A model generated the notes under the pieces. It did no database searches and was not told where the DNA came from. It was given only the letters and a program-made list of their open reading frames with translations. From Patescibacteria group bacterium (GTDB lineage Bacteria; Patescibacteriota; Patescibacteriia; Patescibacteriales; UBA12465), in the NCBI GenBank assembly GCA_028687275.1, contig JAQUAK010000001.1:420213-484212 (forward strand): a stretch of 64,000 nt of DNA, written 5' to 3'. Made by a program: the position numbers and the translations under genes. This document shows, piece after piece, positions 1-8,477 of this stretch (positions are counted from its first letter, which is position 1; each line of letters begins with the position of its first letter).

Positions 1-540
1 TTACAAATATTTGGTGAAATTCAAGCTGATTATGGACAAATGCTAACCAAGATTAATAAAAAGGTTAATTATTTCTCCTTAAACATGCATGAAATTAAAG
101 ATAACGATATCTCTAATTTTATTAATTTTGAGATTACTTTAAACGAATTTCTAAGTGCTCTGATTCCGATTAGACACACCTTAAACAATACTTCACACGG
201 TAAGATTTTAAGCTTTTCTGATGATGACACAGAGATGCTAGAAGATTTACGTCTACAAAATGAACAGTTAATTGAGCGCTGTAAAAGTAATCTAACTAAC
301 TCTACTAACTTGAGACAAGCTTACGAGGTTATTTCCACTAGCCGTTTAAATCGCACCATGAAATTATTAACCGGAATGACGGTAATATTAGCTTTACCAA
401 CCATGGTTACTAGTTTCTATGGGATGAATGTTGCATTACCATTTGCTCAATCGCCTTTTGTTTTTTGGGGCATAGTGTTATTTATTTTTGCCTTAGTTGG
501 CGTACTATTTGTCGCTTTCCGTGGACGTAAACTATTATAA
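1..540 (+). CDS. corA: CorA-family Mg2+/Co2+ transporter, C-terminal part (5' end outside window)
   Basis: The frame is open from base 1 (LQIFGEIQADYGQ precedes the tracked Met at 40). It has the YGMN signature (FYGMNVALPF), then a terminal TM helix and a basic tail. Confidence 0.8.
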   Translation, partial: LQIFGEIQADYGQMLTKINKKVNYFSLNMHEIKDNDISNFINFEITLNEFLSALIPIRHTLNNTSHGKILSFSDDDTEMLEDLRLQNEQLIERCKSNLTNSTNLRQAYEVISTSRLNRTMKLLTGMTVILALPTMVTSFYGMNVALPFAQSPFVFWGIVLFIFALVGVLFVAFRGRKLL

Positions 541-563
541 TTTATTTATATATATTATTAACA

Positions 564-588
564 AAGCCTCTAATTTTGAGGCTTTTTT
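564..588 (+). terminator. Intrinsic terminator after corA fragment
   Basis: Stem aagcctc / gaggctt (564-570 / 578-584) with a 7-nt loop, followed by a T-run to 588. Confidence 0.75.
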
Positions 589-638
589 GAATTAAAGTAG
601 ATATACTCATATTTTAGCTAGATTTTATCTAATTTTTA

Positions 639-647
639 TGTTACAAT
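639..647 (+). promoter_or_regulatory. Extended -10 promoter element upstream of uvrB
   Basis: The sequence is TGtTACAAT (TG at 639-640, TACAAT at 642-647). The -35 is weak. It sits about 100 nt upstream of the uvrB ATG. Confidence 0.4.
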
Positions 648-751
648 CAGTCAACGCGGAGTAAGTACTTGTCTGTTTTTTGATGAATATTTAAGCCAAT
701 ATTAAGATAATAACCATTTAAAACTAAAGTTGATTTTTATAAATTATAAGG

Positions 752-2689
752 ATGGCAAATATATTTAAACTAAAATCTGATTTTGAACCAGCGGGTGATC
801 AACCTGAGGCGATAAAAAAACTTCTTCAAGGATTAGAGGCAGGTTTTGATTATCAAACACTTTTAGGTGTAACTGGGTCAGGAAAAACTTTTACCGCTGC
901 TAAAATTATTGAAGCTAATAATAAGCCAGCCTTGGTAATTGCGCCAAACAAAGCTTTAGCTGCCCAACTCTATCGTGAGTATAAAAATTTTTTTCCAGAA
1001 AATGCTGTTCATTTTTTTGTGTCTTATTATGATTATTACCAGCCAGAGGCTTATTTACCAATTACTGATACTTACATTGATAAAGAAGCTATGATTAATG
1101 ATGAAATGGATAGATTGCGTCATGGCGCCACTTCCGCCTTATTAAGTCGCCGTGATGTTATTATTGTAGCCTCAGTTTCTTGTATATATAATTTAGGCGT
1201 ACCTATAAATTATCTAGGTGCTTCTTTGCATTTAAATACTGAACAAACTATCACTCGGCAAGATTTAATTAGACAATTAGTCTCTATGCAGTTTGAAAGA
1301 GTGAATGGGGAAGTGCAAAGAGGACAATTTAGGGTAAGAGGCGATGTCTTTGAAATCAGGCCAATGTCTGAAAATGTTGTCTATCGTCTTAGTCTAGAAA
1401 ATCAGAATGTTAAATATTTGAGTGTTATTGATAATACCACTAAAAACATTCTTGAAAATTTACAAGAAATTGTCATCTTCCCACCTAAACATTTTATTTC
1501 TACTAAGCCACAAATTGAACAGGCAATCAAAAATATTGAAGAAGAGTTACAAGATCGACTCGCCTATTTTAAGAAAAATGAATTATATCTAGAAGCAGAA
1601 AGATTAGAGCGCCGCACTCGCTATGACATGGAGATGTTGCACACTCTTGGCTACTGTCATGGGATTGAAAATTACTCCCGACACTTGTCCGGAAAACTAG
1701 CGGGAGAGGCTCCAGATCCGCTTCTAAGCTATTTTCCACTTAAAGATGGCAAACCGGACTTCTTAACAATTATTGATGAATCTCACATCGCCATACCTCA
1801 AATTAGAGGCATGTATAATGGTGATCGTTCTCGTAAAGACACTCTAGTTAAGTTTGGCTGGCGCCTGCCTAGTGCGCTTGATAATCGACCCCTTAAATTT
1901 AACGAATTTCAAGCTAGAGTCGGCCAAGTTGTTTGTACCACAGCCACTCCTGGCGACTACGAAAAAGAACATTCTAAACAGATTGTTGAACAAATTATTC
2001 GTCCAACTGGTTTAGTTGACCCAGAAATTGAAATCAGGCCAGTCTACAATCAGAAAACTGATTATAGCCAGATTAATGATATTGTAAATGAGTCTGAGAG
2101 ATTAGCCGCTAAGGGCGAAAGAATTATTATTAACACTTTAACTAAAAAACAAGCAGAAGACTTAAGTGTTTATTTGAATAAAAAAAACATCAAGGCCAAC
2201 TATCTTCATTCGGATATCAAAACCTTTGAGCGCACAGATATCTTAAAATCTTTCCGTGAAGGGGTTTTTGATGTTTTAATTGGCGTTAATTTATTACGTG
2301 AAGGCCTTGATTTACCCGAAGTAACTCTAGTGGCCATTTTAGATGCTGATCGTGAAGGTTTTTTGCGTAGCGAAACCTCACTCATGCAAACCATGGGGCG
2401 CGCCGCTCGTAATGTGTCTGGCAAAATTATACTCTATGCTGATAAAGAAACAAATTCGATGAAACGAGCCATTGCTGAATCAACTAGAAGAAGAAAAATA
2501 CAATTAGTGTATAATAAGAAGCACGGAATTGAGCCAAAAACAGTCATCAAGAAGATTGAAAGCATGTTGGGTTTAGAAAATGAAAGGGAAGAAAATGAAC
2601 ATTTTAAAGATACGAAACATAAGAAACAAAAATATGAAAACAAACCAGACAAGGCCCCTCGTCGGAGTCGGGGTAATGGTAAAAAATAG
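752..2689 (+). CDS. uvrB: Excinuclease ABC subunit B (UvrB), without a recognisable C-terminal UVR domain
   Basis: Walker A GVTGSGKTFT, DESH box (IIDESHIAIPQ) and helicase C-terminal motifs (LLREGLDLPEV, QTMGRAARN). The last ~45 aa are a basic low-complexity tail. Confidence 0.97.
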   Translation: MANIFKLKSDFEPAGDQPEAIKKLLQGLEAGFDYQTLLGVTGSGKTFTAAKIIEANNKPALVIAPNKALAAQLYREYKNFFPENAVHFFVSYYDYYQPEAYLPITDTYIDKEAMINDEMDRLRHGATSALLSRRDVIIVASVSCIYNLGVPINYLGASLHLNTEQTITRQDLIRQLVSMQFERVNGEVQRGQFRVRGDVFEIRPMSENVVYRLSLENQNVKYLSVIDNTTKNILENLQEIVIFPPKHFISTKPQIEQAIKNIEEELQDRLAYFKKNELYLEAERLERRTRYDMEMLHTLGYCHGIENYSRHLSGKLAGEAPDPLLSYFPLKDGKPDFLTIIDESHIAIPQIRGMYNGDRSRKDTLVKFGWRLPSALDNRPLKFNEFQARVGQVVCTTATPGDYEKEHSKQIVEQIIRPTGLVDPEIEIRPVYNQKTDYSQINDIVNESERLAAKGERIIINTLTKKQAEDLSVYLNKKNIKANYLHSDIKTFERTDILKSFREGVFDVLIGVNLLREGLDLPEVTLVAILDADREGFLRSETSLMQTMGRAARNVSGKIILYADKETNSMKRAIAESTRRRKIQLVYNKKHGIEPKTVIKKIESMLGLENEREENEHFKDTKHKKQKYENKPDKAPRRSRGNGKK

Positions 2690-3068
2690 TCAGCAGCAAA
2701 TCCTAATAGGACTGCGCAAATCCCTGTACGGAAAAGGCACCTGGAGTTTTCCTGGAGGGCATTTAGAATTTGGTGAAACAATGACAGAGGCGGCTATTCG
2801 TGAAACTGAGGAAGAAACTGGCTTGGTCGTGAGTAATTTGGAGTTAGTTTCTTTAGCTGATGAAATGGGAAGTTTAGATAAAGGTAAACATTACGTTAAT
2901 GTTGGCTTCTTAGCCCACAGTAGTAGCGGCGAGCCACAAATTGCGGAACCAGAAAAATGGGAAAAATGGGATTGGTTTGATATTCATAATCTACCATCAC
3001 CATTATTTGAGGCTACAGACTTAATGATACAAAATTATTTAAATAAGAATATTTACCTAAACAGATAA
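2634..3068 (+). CDS. NUDIX hydrolase
   Basis: Nudix box GGHLEFGETMTEAAIRETEEETGL. The ORF opens at 2580; I prefer the ATG at 2634 (MKTNQTRPLVGVGVMV). Either start overlaps the uvrB 3' end. Confidence 0.8.
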   Translation: MKTNQTRPLVGVGVMVKNSQQQILIGLRKSLYGKGTWSFPGGHLEFGETMTEAAIRETEEETGLVVSNLELVSLADEMGSLDKGKHYVNVGFLAHSSSGEPQIAEPEKWEKWDWFDIHNLPSPLFEATDLMIQNYLNKNIYLNR

Positions 3069-3087
3069 ACAAAAGAAATAATAAATT

Positions 3088-5622
3088 ATGCAGGATAAAA
3101 TAATAATTCGCGGAGCGCGCATGCACAACTTAAAAAATATTAACCTAGAAATACCTCACAATAGTCTGAGTGTGATTACTGGCGTTTCTGGCTCTGGTAA
3201 ATCGTCACTAGCTTTTGACACTATTTTTGCTGAGGGTCAACGTCAATATGTGGAATCATTGTCGCCTTATATGCGCCAATTTTTAGGTCAAAAAAAACCA
3301 GCTGATGTTGATGAGATTTTAGGTTTGGCGCCAGCTATTTCTATTGACCAAAAAGCTCTATCTCATAATCCTCGCTCTACCGTTGGTACTTTAACGGAAA
3401 TTCATGACTATTTAAGAGTCTTGTATGCTCGCTTAGGTGAAGTTTTTTGTCCTCACTGTGGTACTAAAATTGAAAAGCTTAGCTTAGAGGAAATGATTGA
3501 TATTATTAAGACTCGCGGCGAAGAAGCTAAAGCTGAATATGCTGTTATTTTGAGTCCGGTTATCCGTGGTCGCAAAGGTGAATATTATCAACTACTCTAT
3601 GATTATCTAGCGCTTGGTTATGCTGAGGCGCGAGTCGATAGCAAAATGCATAATCTGCGCGACACCTTAAAAATTAATGCTAAAATAAAACATAATATTG
3701 ATATTGTAATTGATAAGGTGATGTTAAATGATGAAACTCGTCTATTTGAAGCAGTAGAAAATGCTACTCAATATAGTCAGGGATTAGTAGTGGTACAAAT
3801 GGGCAAAGAAGAATATCTATTATCCTCGAATTGGACCTGCCCTAATGATGGCTTTTCTTTCCCAGAAGTTGAGCCCCGCCTCTTTTCTTTTAATTCTCCT
3901 CACGGCGCCTGTCCGGAGTGTTCTGGCTTGGGCACAATTGGTTTTAGGACTGATAAAACATGTCCCGTTTGCGAAGGTAAGCGCCTTCGTCCAGAAGCTC
4001 TATCGGTTAAAATTATGGGCAAAAACTTAGCCGAAGCGAGTAATCTAAGTATTGATAAAGCCCACGATTATTTTTGGAAATTTTATCAGAAAATGAATAA
4101 GCGTCAGTTAGCAATTGCTGAAAATGTAATCTCTCAAGTATTAAATCGTTTAGACTTCCTTAATCAGGTCGGCTTGCACTATTTATCTTTAGATCGCGCA
4201 GCTGGCAGCTTATCTGGCGGTGAAGCCCAGCGCATTCGTTTGTCTTCTCAAATTGGTTCACAGCTATCACGTACCCTCTATGTTTTAGATGAACCCACTA
4301 TTGGTCTACACGAGCGCGACACCGAACGTTTAATAAACACCCTTAAAACTTTACGTGATAAAAATAATACCGTAGTTATCGTAGAACACGACGAACGTAC
4401 AATTTTAGCCTCAGATTATTTAATTGATCTTGGCCCTTTTGCGGGTGTTCACGGTGGTGAAATTAAAGCGATGGGTGAAACTTCTAAGTTGTTAGCCGCT
4501 GAAAATAAGAAACCTGGCAGCCAGTCTATGACTTTACAATATTTAGCTGGTCATCAAGAAATATCTTTACCAGAAAAAAGACGTCATCAAAATCATGGCA
4601 GTCTCAAAATTATTGGCGCTAAAATAAATAATCTTAAAAATGTTAAACTTGAGATTCCTTTAGGTAAATTGGTAGGCATTAGCGGCGTTTCTGGCTCCGG
4701 TAAATCATCTTTAATGTATAATGCTCTGTATAAAAATTTATCTTATTTAAAAAATAATCCTGGTAAAAAGGGTAAATTTAAAGGTATTGATGATATTAAG
4801 GGAGCGGAATATATAAATAAGATAGTGGTTATTGATCAATCGCCCATAGGACGTACCCCGCGTTCAAATCCAGCTACTTACACCGGTATATTTACGCCTA
4901 TTCGTGATTTTTTTGCTGAATTACCAGAATCAAAAGAGCGTGGCTATACTATTTCCCGTTTTTCTTTTAATCGTCCTGGGGGGCGTTGCGAGGCCTGTTC
5001 TGGGGCCGGCGCCAACCTGATTGAGATGCACTTTTTGCCAGCCGTTTTAGTTGAATGTGATGTTTGTCGAGGTAGACGTTTTAATCGAGAAACCTTACAA
5101 GTTAAGTATAAGGGTAAAAATATTGCTGATGTTTTAGATATGACTATTGATGAGGCAGTAGAGCTATTTACCGGTAACTACTACATCACCGATAAATTAA
5201 CTGTTTTACAATCGGTTGGTCTTGGCTATCTAAAACTCGGACAAGCCGCCACTACTTTATCTGGTGGTGAGGCCCAGCGGGTTAAGATAGGCAAAGAATT
5301 AACGCACACGCTTGGTAAGCGAACTCTATATCTATTAGATGAGCCAACTACAGGTTTACACTATTATGACATCGCCATGTTATTAAATGTTTTAAATAAG
5401 TTAGTAGAGAAGGGAAATTCAGTTTTAGTAATTGAGCACAATCTGCATATGCTTAAGTCTATGGACTATATTATTGATCTTGGTCCAGATGGTGGTGATA
5501 AGGGCGGAAAAATTGTAGCCGTGGGGACGCCCGAAGAAGTAGCTAGTAATGAAAATAGCTTAACTGGACAGTACTTAAAAGAGCATTTAAGTATAAAGAA
5601 AACAGCAATAAAGGTTAAATAA
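3088..5622 (+). CDS. uvrA: Excinuclease ABC subunit A (UvrA), short form lacking the insertion domain
   Basis: Two Walker A motifs (GVSGSGKSSL twice), two ABC signatures (LSGGEAQRI / LSGGEAQRV) and Zn-knuckles CPHC, CPEC, CPVC, CEAC, CDVC. It is 844 aa. Confidence 0.97.
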   Translation: MQDKIIIRGARMHNLKNINLEIPHNSLSVITGVSGSGKSSLAFDTIFAEGQRQYVESLSPYMRQFLGQKKPADVDEILGLAPAISIDQKALSHNPRSTVGTLTEIHDYLRVLYARLGEVFCPHCGTKIEKLSLEEMIDIIKTRGEEAKAEYAVILSPVIRGRKGEYYQLLYDYLALGYAEARVDSKMHNLRDTLKINAKIKHNIDIVIDKVMLNDETRLFEAVENATQYSQGLVVVQMGKEEYLLSSNWTCPNDGFSFPEVEPRLFSFNSPHGACPECSGLGTIGFRTDKTCPVCEGKRLRPEALSVKIMGKNLAEASNLSIDKAHDYFWKFYQKMNKRQLAIAENVISQVLNRLDFLNQVGLHYLSLDRAAGSLSGGEAQRIRLSSQIGSQLSRTLYVLDEPTIGLHERDTERLINTLKTLRDKNNTVVIVEHDERTILASDYLIDLGPFAGVHGGEIKAMGETSKLLAAENKKPGSQSMTLQYLAGHQEISLPEKRRHQNHGSLKIIGAKINNLKNVKLEIPLGKLVGISGVSGSGKSSLMYNALYKNLSYLKNNPGKKGKFKGIDDIKGAEYINKIVVIDQSPIGRTPRSNPATYTGIFTPIRDFFAELPESKERGYTISRFSFNRPGGRCEACSGAGANLIEMHFLPAVLVECDVCRGRRFNRETLQVKYKGKNIADVLDMTIDEAVELFTGNYYITDKLTVLQSVGLGYLKLGQAATTLSGGEAQRVKIGKELTHTLGKRTLYLLDEPTTGLHYYDIAMLLNVLNKLVEKGNSVLVIEHNLHMLKSMDYIIDLGPDGGDKGGKIVAVGTPEEVASNENSLTGQYLKEHLSIKKTAIKVK

Positions 5623-5623
5623 T

Positions 5624-5678
5624 AAAAAAACCGAGACAGCACATTTACACATTTTATTGTGTAAGACTGTCTCGGTTT
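5624..5678. terminator. Long bidirectional hairpin terminator after uvrA
   Basis: Stem ccgagacag (5631-5639) / ctgtctcgg (5667-5675) with inner pairing ttacac / gtgtaa. An A7 run precedes it on the plus strand (T7 on the minus strand); only TTT follows on the plus strand. Confidence 0.8.
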
Positions 5679-5960
5679 ATACTCCTTTTAGTTTGTTTAA
5701 ATTTTGCCTTCCAGCGAGCAGGAGCACCATCTCCTTATTCTATCCTTTGGGAAGGAAAATATAATTATACTTTAGAAGTAAACATGTGCCTAATTTAATA
5801 GGACTTTCAAAGAACGATGAGATGAAACGATAAGTTGGTAGAATACAAGTTCTAACGAAGTCTTTTTCCTAAAATTACCTCACGGAAATAATGATTCGGA
5901 TTGGTAATCCCCAGATGACTGAGCGCCAAAGAGCTTATACGCTAACAATATTTAATGATG
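5626..5960 (-). ncRNA. Candidate structured non-coding RNA of unknown family (strand uncertain, minus favoured)
   Basis: The 365-nt gap has no ORF longer than 30 aa. A minus-strand promoter-like element (TTGACA 5994-5989, 17-nt spacer, TAAGAT 5971-5966) lies upstream. Nested hairpins are present (CCTTCC..AGGAG-atggtg-CTCCT..GGAAGG). The hairpin plus T7 gives a minus-strand terminator. Confidence 0.25.
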
Positions 5961-5987
5961 CAGTTATCTTAAACCTAGATTAAAAAG

Positions 5988-7193
5988 ATGTCAATAGAAA
6001 ATAAAAATGACTTAAAAATGATTGCTACTGCAGCCCCTAAACAACCGGGTGTTTATTTTTGGTATGGGAAAAATAAAGAAGTTTTATATGTGGGTCGGGC
6101 TGTTAATCTACAAAATCGTTTAAAGCAATACTTTCAGAAAAATATTGATACCCGTATAGCCGAAATGGTGGGACAAGCCTTTGATATAAAATATACGGTC
6201 TGCAATAGTTTATTAGAAGCAATTATTTTAGAGGCGAAAAATATCAAAAAATACTGGCCTAAATATAATATCGTTGATCGTGATGATCGCTCTTTTATTT
6301 ATATTGCCATTAATCAAAAAGCGGAATTCCCAAAACCAATTATTATCCGTGGACAAGATATAAAAAAATTTCCTTCACAATCATACCAACTCTTTGGTCC
6401 ATATCAGTCATATCATTTAATTAACTCGGCTTTACGACTAATCCGTCAAGTTTTTCCCTACAGCCTCTGCCAAGCTCACCAGGATAAGGCATGTTTTGAT
6501 TATCAAATTGGTTTATGCCCCGGTATTTGTATTAACGCGATAACGGTTCAAGCATATAAAAAGAATATTAAAAATATTATTCTACTACTTAATGGTGACC
6601 ATAAAAGATTACTTAGCAAGCTGGAAAAGGAAAATCCAGAGCAGGCTAAGTCATTACAACACCTCCAAGATGTTTCTTTATTAAATATAGAAGAGGATTT
6701 GCGTCAGCCACGTTTAAAAAGAATCGAGGGTTATGACATTTCCCATCTACAAGGCAAGGAGACCTATGCCTCAATGGTAGTCTTTAATAATGGCGAAAAA
6801 CAAAGCGTTGATTATCGTCTATTTAAGATTAAAGAGGCGCCAGCCGGAGACGACGAAAGAGCTCTCTTAGAAGCCTTACTACGACGCTTTAAACACGAAG
6901 ATTGGCCTAGGCCAGAAATGATTATGATCGATGGTGGTAGTCCGCAAATTAGCTTCTTAAATAGAGAGCTAAGCAAGCATAATTTAATTTTGCCCCTGGT
7001 TGGTATTTCTAAGTTTGGTGGCGATAAATTAGTTTTTCCCAAAGGGGTAAAGCAGAATTTTAAAGACTTAGCGACAATATTAAAACCAGTTTTATTAAAA
7101 GTTAGAGAAGAGGCTCATCGCTTTGCCAATTATGGCAGGAAAAGAGGGTCCAAAAAATTAGGCAAAATTAATAAAAAAAGTCTTGACAATTGA
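5988..7193 (+). CDS. uvrC: Excinuclease ABC subunit C (UvrC), minimal 401-aa form
   Basis: GIY-YIG module (PGVYFWYGKNKEVLYVGRAVNLQNRLKQYF), Cys cluster CFDYQIGLCPGIC and C-terminal endonuclease module (IEGYDISHLQG, IMIDGGSPQ, REEAHRFA). I see no UVR helix pair or (HhH)2. Confidence 0.9.
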   Translation: MSIENKNDLKMIATAAPKQPGVYFWYGKNKEVLYVGRAVNLQNRLKQYFQKNIDTRIAEMVGQAFDIKYTVCNSLLEAIILEAKNIKKYWPKYNIVDRDDRSFIYIAINQKAEFPKPIIIRGQDIKKFPSQSYQLFGPYQSYHLINSALRLIRQVFPYSLCQAHQDKACFDYQIGLCPGICINAITVQAYKKNIKNIILLLNGDHKRLLSKLEKENPEQAKSLQHLQDVSLLNIEEDLRQPRLKRIEGYDISHLQGKETYASMVVFNNGEKQSVDYRLFKIKEAPAGDDERALLEALLRRFKHEDWPRPEMIMIDGGSPQISFLNRELSKHNLILPLVGISKFGGDKLVFPKGVKQNFKDLATILKPVLLKVREEAHRFANYGRKRGSKKLGKINKKSLDN

Positions 7194-7210
7194 CCAATAT
7201 CTGATAATAT
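7183..7210 (+). promoter_or_regulatory. Sigma70-type promoter for rplJ-rplL
   Basis: TTGACA at 7183-7188, a 16-nt spacer and TAATAT at 7205-7210. It overlaps the uvrC 3' end. Confidence 0.6.
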
Positions 7211-7214
7211 ATAA

Positions 7215-7383
7215 GCACAACTAAATAAATTGCCACAGACAGCAAGCATGTCGATAAGTCTTGCCGAGGTAAATTTGCTAAATATTAGCTCATTTTCAAT
7301 CTGTGGTCGGCCCACAGTTTTTTGTTTGTTGAGGGTCAAATCAATGTACTTATAAACCAGCGTATTAACGCTAATAAAAAAAT
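7215..7383 (+). promoter_or_regulatory. Ribosomal protein L10 (rplJ) leader-like 5' UTR
   Basis: A ~170-nt untranslated leader sits between the promoter and rplJ. It contains stems (gcaag/cttgc) and an internal terminator hairpin. Its position matches known L10 leaders; the family was not verified. Confidence 0.45.
7301..7324 (+). terminator. Attenuator hairpin inside the rplJ leader
   Basis: Stem ctgtgg (7301-7306) / ccacag (7312-7317) followed by T7. An upstream copy of ccacag at 7233-7238 could pair with 7301-7306 as an antiterminator. Confidence 0.55.
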
Positions 7384-7908
7384 ATGCCAAAAAGCAAACT
7401 CCAGAAGCAGGAAATTCTAAGAAGCTTGGAGAAGAAAATTGAGAAAGCAAAATCAGTTATCTTCGCCGGTTTCAATGCTTTGGGGGTAAAAGACAATGAA
7501 CTTTTACGTGATCAGTTACGCCAAGAAAACGGCGAATACTTTGTTACCAAGAAGACTTTATTGAACTTAGCCTTCAAAAATCAAGGTATGGATGGCTTAG
7601 ACACAAAAGGCTTGGACGGTAAAGTCGCTGCGATATTCTCATATGAGGATGAAGTAGCGGCGGCTAGAGTGCTCGACAACTTTCGCAAGGATAAAGGACA
7701 AAAACTTTATTTCCTTGGCGGAATTTTAGAAGGTAAGTTGCTTTCTAAAGAAGAAATCGAAGCAGTAGCTAAATTACCAAGCAAGCAAGAATTGTACGCC
7801 AAAGTCGTGGGCTCACTTAATGCCCCTATCTCCGGTTTTGTTAACGCTTTAGCCGGAAATATCCGTAATCTTGTCTACGTGTTAAAAGCGATTGAAGAGA
7901 AAAAATAA
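7384..7908 (+). CDS. rplJ: 50S ribosomal protein L10
   Basis: L10-like sequence (SVIFAGFNALGVKDNELLRDQLR, YFVTKKTLLNLAF). It lies directly upstream of rplL. Confidence 0.95.
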   Translation: MPKSKLQKQEILRSLEKKIEKAKSVIFAGFNALGVKDNELLRDQLRQENGEYFVTKKTLLNLAFKNQGMDGLDTKGLDGKVAAIFSYEDEVAAARVLDNFRKDKGQKLYFLGGILEGKLLSKEEIEAVAKLPSKQELYAKVVGSLNAPISGFVNALAGNIRNLVYVLKAIEEKK

Positions 7909-7939
7909 TAAATAATAACCACTAGATCAGATTAATATC

Positions 7940-8374
7940 ATGGTCAGTGAAAATAAAATTATGTCAGAAGAAACAACAAAAGACGCTGCTGAAGTAGTAG
8001 TGCCAGCTAAGTTCCAAAGCTTAGTAAGTGAAATTGAAAAAATGAGTGTTTTAGATTTAGCTGAGTTAGTTAAAATCTTAGAAGAAAAATTCGGTGTATC
8101 TGCTGCCGCCCCTTCAATGATGATGGCTCCAGCTGCTGGTGCTGCTGCCGTAGCTGAAGAAAAGGATGCCTTTGATGTTGAATTAACTGAAGCTGGTGCT
8201 AGCAAAATCAACGTTATTAAAGTAGTACGTGAAGTTACCGAAATGGGCTTGAAGGAAGCTAAAGATTTAGTGGACGCAGCTCCAAAGGTTTTAAAGGAAG
8301 GTTTAAAGAAGGATGAGGCTGAAGCTTTAAAGAAAAAATTAGAAGAAGCTGGAGCTAAAGTAACTTTGAAATAA
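7940..8374 (+). CDS. rplL: 50S ribosomal protein L7/L12
   Basis: N-terminal dimerisation helix ([16 protein letters not shown]), Ala-rich hinge and C-terminal domain ([24 protein letters not shown]). An alternative start at 7961 is possible. Confidence 0.95.
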   Translation: MVSENKIMSEETTKDAAEVVVPAKFQSLVSEIEKMSVLDLAELVKILEEKFGVSAAAPSMMMAPAAGAAAVAEEKDAFDVELTEAGASKINVIKVVREVTEMGLKEAKDLVDAAPKVLKEGLKKDEAEALKKKLEEAGAKVTLK

Positions 8375-8422
8375 AATTACTTTAATTCCTTACTACCTCT
8401 AAATAAGTAATGAATAAAAAAA

Positions 8423-8453
8423 TACCCTCGTAAATCTACGGGGGTATTTTTTT
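8423..8453. terminator. Bidirectional terminator between convergent rplL and the 761-aa gene
   Basis: Stem taccctcg / cgggggta (one G-U pair) with an 8-nt loop. An A-run lies upstream and a T7 run downstream. Confidence 0.8.
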
Positions 8454-8477
8454 ATACAAAAATATTTTATCAACTAA

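Noticed and set aside
2206-2781. Minus-strand ORFs 2206-2424 and 2434-2781 inside uvrB and the nudix gene.
   Set aside because: They lie fully inside strongly supported plus-strand genes. The same reasoning applies to the other nested ORFs on either strand: 3845-4030, 6812-7042, 7927-8211, 9403-9615, 11045-11413, 11555-11740, 13662-13877, 14094-14387, 15375-15620, 17177-17407, 17846-18217, 20401-20607, 20549-20800, 21180-21419, 21349-21555, 21621-21932, 21999-22334, 22794-23075, 23375-23602, 26705-26899, 29245-29496, 34873-35145, 35142-35363, 35597-35800, 36056-36238, 38063-38299, 42656-42844, 43381-43599, 45975-46394, 49437-49721, 50853-51050, 51718-51918, 52551-52832, 53606-53980, 55649-55941, 56806-57216, 57253-57453 and 61375-61575.
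5626-5960. I tried to identify the uvrA-uvrC spacer as tmRNA, RNase P RNA, SRP RNA or 6S RNA.
   Set aside because: A GGGG...CCGAATC start and a GAAAGTCC string looked suggestive. However, there is no tRNA-like 3' end (GGTTCGA..CCACCA), no tag ORF ending in ALAA, no RNase P CR-IV/V (ACAGAA..GGCTTA) and no SRP GGAA-tetraloop / AGCAGC motif. It remains an unknown candidate only.
7130-7450. A 106-aa minus-strand ORF spanning the uvrC end, the rplJ leader and the rplJ start.
   Set aside because: It is antisense to two well-supported genes and to the promoter/leader. Its sequence is low-complexity and Phe/Leu-rich, as is typical of AT-rich antisense frames.
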